A stretch of 64,000 nucleotides of DNA from Clostridia bacterium (lineage in GTDB: Bacteria; Bacillota; Clostridia; Christensenellales; UBA3700): NCBI GenBank assembly GCA_029060025.1, contig JAIDUV010000024.1, forward strand, positions 32,786 through 96,785. The letters are read 5' to 3'. A program made the translations under genes and the position numbers. How positions within the stretch are numbered: the first letter of the stretch is position 1; each line of letters opens with the position of its first letter. This document shows positions 27,536 to 33,916 of this stretch, piece by piece. The notes below the pieces were generated by a model. It was not told the DNA's origin. It made no database searches and was given only the letters and a program-made list of their open reading frames with translations.

Positions 27536-28318
27536 ATGAAAGATTATTTTTCCATCAGCCAAACGGCAAAAATAGTCGATATGACAACCGAAACATTAAG
27601 ACATTATGACCGCATTGATTTGGTAAAGCCGAGTAAAATTGACGAGTGGACGGGCTACCGTTATTATTCGCAACAAGAGATAGTAAGGCTCAACACGATC
27701 AGAGCGTTACGCTGTATGGACTTAACTTTATCAGAAATAAAAGATATTTTAGCATACAACGATTTTGATAAAATAATTGCCACGCTAAAACAAGCGGAAA
27801 AAAGCGCTGATGAAAAAATTGCCGAACTTAATTATGCAAAAACAAAAATTCAACGAGCGCGTATATTTTACGAAAGTAAATTAAACGGTGAACAACAAAG
27901 TGAAAATATTTTTATTAAGCATTATCCGCAAAGAGTTATTTTATTATCCGATACAATGGAAACCCCAACGTTAGATAATTTGTGGAATTATCACCGCCAT
28001 TTTTACGACCAAATTTCCGAAAAGAGAAGAAATGAATTTTCATTTGAAGATTTAGCGGGTATTTACGAACAAAATGGGCTTTCACGATTGTTTGCGATTT
28101 GTACACGGTATTCCAAAATAGACGGAATTAAAATATTACCTCAAGGAAATTATCTATGCGCCGACTGTACGGAAGAAAACCGCGAAGAAATAATAAATAA
28201 ATTATTCAAAACGGCAAAAAGTAAATACAATACCTCCCCCGAATTTACAATACAGTTGATTGTGCTTTCGGGAATATTGCAATGGAATTATCAAGCGCAG
28301 ATATATATTCCAACTTAA
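27536..28318 (+). CDS. MerR-family regulator with a C-terminal effector-binding (GyrI-like) domain
   Basis: FSISQTAKIVDMTTETLRHYDRIDLVKP...YRYYSQQEIVRLNTIRALRCMDLTLSEIKDIL; 260 aa. Confidence 0.9.
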   Translation: MKDYFSISQTAKIVDMTTETLRHYDRIDLVKPSKIDEWTGYRYYSQQEIVRLNTIRALRCMDLTLSEIKDILAYNDFDKIIATLKQAEKSADEKIAELNYAKTKIQRARIFYESKLNGEQQSENIFIKHYPQRVILLSDTMETPTLDNLWNYHRHFYDQISEKRRNEFSFEDLAGIYEQNGLSRLFAICTRYSKIDGIKILPQGNYLCADCTEENREEIINKLFKTAKSKYNTSPEFTIQLIVLSGILQWNYQAQIYIPT

Positions 28319-28368
28319 TATTCGACCTGTATAGCATAAAACGTCGTCGACTAAGGCGCAAAAGAAAA

Positions 28369-28392
28369 AGAAACCGAAAATCGGTTTCTTTT
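28369..28392 (+). terminator. Rho-independent terminator of the MerR gene
   Basis: gaaaccga / tcggtttc stem plus TTTT. Confidence 0.8.
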
Positions 28393-28504
28393 CCGTCCGG
28401 GTGTTCTTATACCCCTGTTATGGTGCACCACTCTTAACCTAATTCGAACTTTTCGAGTTAGGTTATTTTTTTACTATGTGCAAAGGCTGTTTATGCCGCG
28501 AAAG

Positions 28505-28643
28505 CCACTTGACGAGAGAAAGGAGTGCGTTAGGCTTGAACGCCATAGGCAAACCAAAACCCACCGAGATTTATTTCGGTGGGTTGCTGTGTTCGCCCTT
28601 ATTTGCCTACTCAACGCACTCCTGCGAGGCTCGCGTCAAGTGG
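28505..28643. other. GC-rich nested four-helix inverted-repeat structure (S1)
   Basis: Pairs: ccacttgacg/cgtcaagtgg, aggagtgcgtt/aacgcactcct, taggcaaa/tttgccta and cccaccga/tcggtggg, strictly nested. Confidence 0.8.
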
Positions 28644-28667
28644 AACGTGGAATAAATAGCCATATTG

Positions 28668-30146
28668 TTATATGTACATTTCAAGAGCAGTTTTATACTT
28701 GCCTAATTTAACGATATTTTTGTAAAATAAAAAGCCCCGACAATTTTCATTATCGGGACTTATTCTAATTGGACTATTGAATTGTATTTTTATCTTATCG
28801 TCAAATAATTTTATTTGCTTTATAAGATATTCGATAAGTAATCTAGGCTCTGACTTTAATATTTGCGTATAAAACTCTCTTATGTCATTCTCTTTGATTT
28901 GTACCGCTTGTTTGCTATGCTCTATGAGTATTTGTCGTTCCAACTGTTCTTGTTGCTGTTCTAGTTCGTGCAATCGTTTATTTGTTGTATTTGAGATTAC
29001 GCCACGCTCAATAGCAGTCATAACATTATTCAACGCTGTTTCGACTTGTTTTTGTTGCTTTGTCAATATTCTCAAAGTTGGGTTTTCTTTTGCTTGTTTC
29101 TCTTGTATCTTTAACAATTCGGCTACGATATAGTTCATAGTTTCGGGATTGCTCAACTTTTCTATTGTAGTATTGATAACAATATCTTCGAGAGCGTCTT
29201 TGTGTACCATAGATTTATTGCAATCATTTAGGCGTTTCTTTCGTCCATTGCATTTATAGTAATATGTTCTTGGACCGCTTGCGGACGTACCGCTTTCGCC
29301 AATCATTGTTTGTCCGCAATGTCCACATATAAGTTTCTTCCGTAATAGATAATCAACTTTAATACTTGTCTTGCCAAATTTATTAGCGTTTACCTTATCA
29401 CGCACTATATTAAATAGTTCGGTATCAACTATTTGCGGATACATATTATCTATGATTTCTTCGCCGTGTTTATATACTCCCGAATACTTTTCATTTTTGA
29501 GTATGTTATATACGCTACATTTTACGAACGGCTTTCCTTTATAGTAAATACCTTTTGCTGTCAAGTCTTTGATTATATCTTTTACAAATTCGCCCTTTGC
29601 ATATTGAGAATACATATAGCGTACTATTTCGGCAGTATTTTCATCTTCAACTATTCTTCTTCCGTCCAATTTGTAGCCGTATAATAACGTACCGCCTTGA
29701 AAGTAACCTTTACGGCGAGTTTCTTTCATACCACGACTGACCTTTTGAGCAAGTTCGGCTGAATAGTATTGATTCATACCTTCGAGCAAACTCTCTAATA
29801 TAATGCCTTCGGGTGTATCGGGGATATTTTCCATTGCCGACAATACTTTAACGCCATTATCTCTCAATGTCTTTTTATGTATTGCCGTTTCGTATTTGTT
29901 ACGAGAAAACCTATCAAGTTTGTAGACAAGTACATAATTCCATTCTTTTCGACTGCTATCTTTTAACATACGTTGAAAGTCGGGGCGGTTATCGTTCGTA
30001 CCCGTCATTGCTCGGTCAATATAGGTGTCAAGTATAAGAATATTATTGCGTTGTGCATATTCTTCGCATACCCGAAGTTGTCCGTCAATAGATTGTTCCG
30101 TTTGCTGGTCGCAAGAGTATCTTGCATAAATTACTGCTGTTTTCAT
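28668..30146 (-). CDS. Large serine recombinase (integrase)
   Basis: 492 aa. AVIYARYSCDQQ catalytic-Ser region, the recombinase domain, the zinc ribbon CGHCG...YYYKCNGRKK and a coiled coil. Confidence 0.93.
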   Translation of the reverse strand: MKTAVIYARYSCDQQTEQSIDGQLRVCEEYAQRNNILILDTYIDRAMTGTNDNRPDFQRMLKDSSRKEWNYVLVYKLDRFSRNKYETAIHKKTLRDNGVKVLSAMENIPDTPEGIILESLLEGMNQYYSAELAQKVSRGMKETRRKGYFQGGTLLYGYKLDGRRIVEDENTAEIVRYMYSQYAKGEFVKDIIKDLTAKGIYYKGKPFVKCSVYNILKNEKYSGVYKHGEEIIDNMYPQIVDTELFNIVRDKVNANKFGKTSIKVDYLLRKKLICGHCGQTMIGESGTSASGPRTYYYKCNGRKKRLNDCNKSMVHKDALEDIVINTTIEKLSNPETMNYIVAELLKIQEKQAKENPTLRILTKQQKQVETALNNVMTAIERGVISNTTNKRLHELEQQQEQLERQILIEHSKQAVQIKENDIREFYTQILKSEPRLLIEYLIKQIKLFDDKIKIQFNSPIRISPDNENCRGFLFYKNIVKLGKYKTALEMYI

Positions 30147-30171
30147 TTTTGTTTCTCCTATTAAATTATTT

Positions 30172-30331
30172 ATTTTGTCTTTCGACGGGAGCGATCATAA
30201 ACGAAATCGTCTTTGTTGTTCTTTAATTGGTTGTCTTAACTCTTGCCGGTCAAGGGTTGCCAAAGGCAATGCACTTTACCCTTGACAGCAAGGGCGGTTT
30301 CGTTTACGCTCCCAAAGACGAAAGACAAAAT
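30172..30331. other. Nested four-helix inverted-repeat structure (S2) between the rep and recombinase genes
   Basis: Pairs: attttgtctttcg/cgaaagacaaaat, gggagcg/cgctccc, taaacgaaa/tttcgttta, gtcaagggt/acccttgac and ttgcc/ggcaa. Confidence 0.8.
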
Positions 30332-30334
30332 AAT

Positions 30335-31219
30335 TTAATTGGCTTTTGGCATTTGCCTTATTATCTCCGCACTTACTTCGCCCATAATCAAGCCGTCATC
30401 TACGCAAGTAAAGTTATCGAATAACAAGGCTTTTTTATCGTCAATACCTATCGGACAAACTATATCTTCGTCCAAAATATCACTTACCATATAAGTCGGC
30501 AATTTACCGCCAAACACAAGTTTCTCTCCGCTTTTCTCTATGTATTTGAGCAAATACCTTACGGCTTGCGGTATCTCCCTTGAACATATCTCTTTGAAAT
30601 CGTTTCTTCCAAAGTGTTTTAGAAAATGCGTATTTTGATACGTTGTTTGCTTTCTATGGCTCTTTGTACTAAAATCGTTGACTTGTTCCAACGTGCCTAT
30701 CATTTGCGGTATATAGAAGATTCCGTGAAAATGTAAGCGGTGTTTTTCGGGAGAACGCTCCCACACGCCTATATATTTCCAACCTTTACGACTGACAAGG
30801 TGTTTGAGAGTATTCCGCAACTTTGCTTTGAATGTATCTTCCGTATGCTTTTCGCTATCGTAAGTAAACGTAACAAAGTAATTCCACTCTTGCAAATATA
30901 TCTTTCGCCATAGACGAACACGCCGTTTGGCAAGATTGTTTTTCTTTCGCTCTACGTTTTGCTCGATATATTCCGTTGCTTGCTCGGTAGTCGCAAACTC
31001 GCTTTGCAGTTTCTCGGCAATATATCCCTTGCGTTCTCGCTTGGGTAGGCTTTGGCTCTCGGCGTATGCTGTATCAAACTTTGATTGCAACTCAACTTGT
31101 CTAGGCGTTGCTATCGCAGTATTCTTCCGTTTACTGCCTTTGCCGTGCTTGTAGTTCTCTTGCAGTATTGCAATGTAATGACTTCCGTCATAATAGACTT
31201 TTGCATTTTCAAATGGCAT
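30335..31219 (-). CDS. HUH-superfamily rolling-circle replication initiator (two-Tyr, phiX/Microviridae-like Rep)
   Basis: 294 aa. Motif I FVTFTYD, the HUH motif RLHFHGIFY and the Y-x3-Y motif VRYLLKYIEK. Confidence 0.85.
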   Translation of the reverse strand: MPFENAKVYYDGSHYIAILQENYKHGKGSKRKNTAIATPRQVELQSKFDTAYAESQSLPKRERKGYIAEKLQSEFATTEQATEYIEQNVERKKNNLAKRRVRLWRKIYLQEWNYFVTFTYDSEKHTEDTFKAKLRNTLKHLVSRKGWKYIGVWERSPEKHRLHFHGIFYIPQMIGTLEQVNDFSTKSHRKQTTYQNTHFLKHFGRNDFKEICSREIPQAVRYLLKYIEKSGEKLVFGGKLPTYMVSDILDEDIVCPIGIDDKKALLFDNFTCVDDGLIMGEVSAEIIRQMPKAN

Positions 31220-31234
31220 TTTGTTTCGCTCCTT

Positions 31235-31366
31235 TTATTGTTTATTTTTGGCAAGTTCCAACACTCTTGAATAGAGCGTTTGGAAGAAAACACGTTGCTC
31301 GCTCTCGCTCAACGCTGTTATATCAGGCTTGCCAACTGACAAAACATTTAACTTTGTTGTAAGCAT
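31235..31366 (-). CDS. Small ORF (43 aa) upstream of rep
   Basis: Below the ORF-track size cutoff. Manual translation gives MLTTKLNVLSVGKPDITALSESEQRVFFQTLYSRVLELAKNKQ. It is preceded by AAAGGGGGTG and ends 15 nt before the rep ATG. Confidence 0.5.
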   Translation of the reverse strand: MLTTKLNVLSVGKPDITALSESEQRVFFQTLYSRVLELAKNKQ

Positions 31367-31485
31367 TTACGCACCCCCTTTGAGAGCAAAAAATAAAAAG
31401 GCTCTCACTATATAGCCACGAGAAAGGGCAAAAGTTGTGGGTCTAATGCAAAATTTTTCAAAAAATTTTCAAATACTACCAAAAA

Positions 31486-31562
31486 CAAAGGTGGCAACGT
31501 AAAAAAATCGGGGTTTCGTGGAAAGCCTGCGCACGAACCCCGATTTTAAGTTGCCACTTTGG
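31486..31562. other. Long imperfect hairpin (part of S3)
   Basis: Outer pair caaaggtggcaac/gttgccactttgg. Inner pair atcggggtttcgtg/cacgaaccccgat. Confidence 0.7.
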
Positions 31563-31590
31563 TTAGGTCTTTTTTTGTTGTGTCTAGTCG

Positions 31591-31652
31591 TGTGGCGGGT
31601 GCTTGACGGCGAGCGTAAGCGAAGCCGCTTGTTATATCAAGCACCCGCCACA
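31591..31652 (-). promoter_or_regulatory. Candidate double-strand origin (nick-site hairpin) of the element
   Basis: Perfect 16-bp stem tgtggcgggtgcttga/tcaagcacccgccaca. The minus strand reads gggtgCTTGATATAAC at the stem/loop junction (31631-31641). Confidence 0.5.
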
Positions 31653-31684
31653 GTGCCATTTCTATTTTTGTCTATCTAATACAC

Positions 31685-31713
31685 TTGAAAAAATCGTTTG
31701 CATTTGCTATAAT
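31685..31713 (+). promoter_or_regulatory. Promoter of the element cargo gene
   Basis: TTGAAA, 17 nt, TATAAT. Confidence 0.6.
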
Positions 31714-31748
31714 GGTTGTATGATAAACAGTAATTTAACGTAAAAACA

Positions 31749-32189
31749 ATGTATTCCGCTATGAAAGAAAAAATAGAAAACTTATACAACAAAGATAATA
31801 ATAGTGCGTATAAAGCATTATTAGATTTGGAAACTATAACTACCGAATCGAATGATTTATATAGGTATTTTGATTTACTGTTGAAAATGCTGAACAACGA
31901 AAGGACTTTTGTCAGAGTTCGTGGGTTTAGACTAATTTGTTGTTTGGCAAAATGGGATACGGAAAATAAAATAAACGATAATATTTATATTATATTAAAA
32001 GAGTTGGAAGATGAAAAAGGGACGTCGGTAAGACAATGTTTAGAGAAAATCAATCTACTTTTAATTTATAAAATAGAGTTGACGGGCATTATAGCAAGCA
32101 AATTAAGGAGTTTGGATTTGTCTAAATATAAACAAAGTATGCAGTCTTTAATTAAAAATGATTTAGAACATATTTTAGAATATTTATAA
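31749..32189 (+). CDS. Hypothetical helical-repeat (HEAT/ARM-like) protein, cargo of the element
   Basis: 146-aa all-helical-looking ORF (the true start could be the second Met, MKEKIENLY). No confident family. Confidence 0.6.
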   Translation: MYSAMKEKIENLYNKDNNSAYKALLDLETITTESNDLYRYFDLLLKMLNNERTFVRVRGFRLICCLAKWDTENKINDNIYIILKELEDEKGTSVRQCLEKINLLLIYKIELTGIIASKLRSLDLSKYKQSMQSLIKNDLEHILEYL

Positions 32190-32244
32190 AATAAATTTCA
32201 ATTTAGCGTGCTATATTTGTTTTATACTGCTGATTATTTACTAT

Positions 32245-32285
32245 AAAAAATCACAACCTATTCAAAGTTCGAATTAGGTTGTGAT
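32245..32285 (-). terminator. Terminator after the tRNA array
   Basis: Minus strand: atcacaacctaattc...gaataggttgtgat hairpin followed by TTTTTT, immediately 3' of tRNA-Lys. Confidence 0.75.
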
Positions 32286-32361
32286 TGGTGCGCCTTCAGA
32301 GACTCGAACTCTGGACCCAATGATTAAGAGTCATTTGCTCTACCAACTGAGCTAAAGGCGC
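32286..32361 (-). tRNA. tRNA-Lys(CTT)
   Basis: Manual cloverleaf: GCGCCTTTAGCTCAGTTGGTAGAGC..., anticodon loop cTCTTAa, GTTCGAGTC T-loop, CCA encoded. Confidence 0.9.
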
Positions 32362-32370
32362 ATATTCTGT

Positions 32371-32445
<75 letters not shown>

Positions 32446-32456
32446 ATTTTTTGCTT

Positions 32457-32540
32457 TGGTGCGGATGAAGAGACTCGAACTCCCATGTCGTTGACACTAG
32501 ATCCTAAGTCTAGCGCGTCTGCCAATTCCGCCACATCCGC
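32457..32540 (-). tRNA. tRNA-Leu(TAG)
   Basis: GCGGATGTGGCGGAATTGGCAGACGC..., anticodon loop cTTAGGa, long variable arm, CCA. Confidence 0.9.
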
Positions 32541-32552
32541 ATTTTCCATTTC

Positions 32553-32628
32553 TGGTGACCCATCCGGGATTTGAACCCGGGACACCATGATTAAAAGTCA
32601 TGTGCTCTACCGACTGAGCTAATGGGTC
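32553..32628 (-). tRNA. tRNA-Lys(TTT)
   Basis: GACCCATTAGCTCAGTCGGTAGAGC..., anticodon loop cTTTTAa, GTTCAAATC, CCA. Confidence 0.9.
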
Positions 32629-32724
32629 AGACATTTGATATGATATATCAAACTGCCCAATAAATCAAGCATTTTGACATACTTTCTAAAAATTTTTCCG
32701 ACCCGCACCCTCAACTTTTCGCAT

Positions 32725-32800
32725 TGGCTGGGGTGGAAGGATTTGAACCCTCAAGTGCTGGAGTCAGAGTCCAGTGCCTTAACCATTTGGCGACACCCCA
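32725..32800 (-). tRNA. tRNA-Gln(CTG)
   Basis: TGGGGTGTCGCCAAATGGTTAAGGC..., anticodon loop cTCTGAc, CCA. Confidence 0.88.
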
Positions 32801-32807
32801 ATGGTAT

Positions 32808-32882
32808 TGGCAGGGGTAGCAGGATTTGAACCTACGAATACCAGAGTCAAAGTCTGGTGCCTTACCGCTTGGCGATACCCCT
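32808..32882 (-). tRNA. tRNA-Gln(TTG)
   Basis: AGGGGTATCGCCAAGCGGTAAGGC..., anticodon loop cTTTGAc, CCA. Confidence 0.88.
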
Positions 32883-32895
32883 ACGTATCTTTGAG

Positions 32896-32973
32896 TGGGG
32901 TGGATAAAGGGAGTCGAACCCTTGACCTCAGGAATCACAATCCTGCGCTCTAACCAACTGAGCTATACCCACC
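32896..32973 (-). tRNA. tRNA-His(GTG) with encoded G-1
   Basis: G-GTGGGTATAGCTCAGTTGGTTAGAGC..., anticodon loop tTGTGAt, CCA. Confidence 0.88.
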
Positions 32974-32978
32974 ACCTG

Positions 32979-33055
<77 letters not shown>

Positions 33056-33060
33056 ACAAG

Positions 33061-33134
33061 TGGAGCGGGTGATGGGAATCGAACCCACGCGACCAGCTTG
33101 GAAGGCTGGGATTCTACCGTTGAACTACACCCGC
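33061..33134 (-). tRNA. tRNA-Gly(TCC)
   Basis: GCGGGTGTAGTTCAACGGTAGAAT..., anticodon loop cTTCCAa, GTTCGATTC, CCA. Confidence 0.9.
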
Positions 33135-33177
33135 ACGCTGTTGAGATGAATAAAACCTTTCATTCAAGTGCCTACAA

Positions 33178-33206
33178 ATTTTACCACAGCCAAAAGGCTA
33201 TGTCAA
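33178..33206 (-). promoter_or_regulatory. Promoter of the tRNA array
   Basis: Minus strand: TTGACA, 17 nt, TAAAAT, about 44 nt upstream of tRNA-Gly(TCC). Confidence 0.7.
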
Positions 33207-33228
33207 CCAAAATATTAAAAGTTTTTAA

Positions 33229-33909
33229 TTACGTTTTTATAATTTGCGCAAAATACTCTTTATCTTCTTTGGAAATTCTAAATGAATCTTTTATTTTTCG
33301 CACTGCCAACTTCTTTACTTGCCCGCTCACCTTATCACTTTGCATAAGAGATATCGCAACCTGTCTATTCTTCACCACCAAGACTTGAATAAGCCAAGCA
33401 AGCGCCATATCCACGTAATAGTCTTTTGCAATCAGATTGTCTACAACTTCATAAACAACTTCATCTTTGCCAAAAAAATTAACCATAACGGCAACTATGC
33501 CCCATCTTGCAAACCAAATATCCTCTCTCTCAGCATATTCCCTTACCTTTTGAAGATAGGTATCGTCTTTGCGGTGAATACTCGAGCAAACGACGTCGTT
33601 GAGCGCCCAATCGTCAATTTCGCCAATAAAACTTTCCAAGAGCGGAAAGAAATCTTTATCATCAAGTTTGAGATGCGTGATTAGCAAGCCTTTGAGCATA
33701 CACTGCTCGTAGCACTGCGGTTTTTGCGCAAGAAAGTCCGTCACGTCTTTTGACTTTGCTATCTCTTTGGCATACTTGCGTAAGATAGGTATTCTAATAC
33801 CGTTGATGGGATAATTTGAACGAGTCAACCTGGAGTGAAAGTTGCGATATTCCTCCTCGCTGTTGACTCTGACAAAATCCTCAAATTCTTTTATACTGTA
33901 AGATTGCAT
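33229..33909 (-). CDS. DNA alkylation repair protein (AlkC/AlkD-like HEAT-repeat family)
   Basis: 226 aa. ...NGIRIPILRKYAKEI...DDWALNDVVCSS...WFARWGIVAVM...AWLIQ pattern typical of the DNA_alkylation family. Confidence 0.8.
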   Translation of the reverse strand: MQSYSIKEFEDFVRVNSEEEYRNFHSRLTRSNYPINGIRIPILRKYAKEIAKSKDVTDFLAQKPQCYEQCMLKGLLITHLKLDDKDFFPLLESFIGEIDDWALNDVVCSSIHRKDDTYLQKVREYAEREDIWFARWGIVAVMVNFFGKDEVVYEVVDNLIAKDYYVDMALAWLIQVLVVKNRQVAISLMQSDKVSGQVKKLAVRKIKDSFRISKEDKEYFAQIIKT

Positions 33910-33916
33910 TTTATCC

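Larger units (their letters stand above)
28420..32285 (-). mobile_element. Small (~3.8 kb) integrative rolling-circle-type element next to tRNA-Lys(CTT); boundaries approximate
   Basis: Contains a large serine recombinase, an HUH Rep, a 43-aa ORF, one cargo gene and three GC-rich nested hairpin regions. It lies between the MerR terminator and the 3' end of tRNA-Lys. An identical 17-nt sequence (aacctaattcgaacttt) in inverted orientation sits at 28436-28452 and 32264-32280. Confidence 0.6.

Noticed and set aside
28421-28430. tggtgcacca as a displaced tRNA 3'-end fragment (direct repeat of the tRNA-Lys end tggtgcgcc)
   Set aside because: There are only 9 nt with a mismatch, and no T-arm can be folded next to it. 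This is too weak to call an att core. It is noted only as context for the 17-nt inverted match.
28478-28711. 77-aa plus-strand ORF at the element edge
   Set aside because: It lies wholly within the nested inverted-repeat region S1, has no SD, and overlaps the recombinase 3' end. The DNA is better explained as structure.
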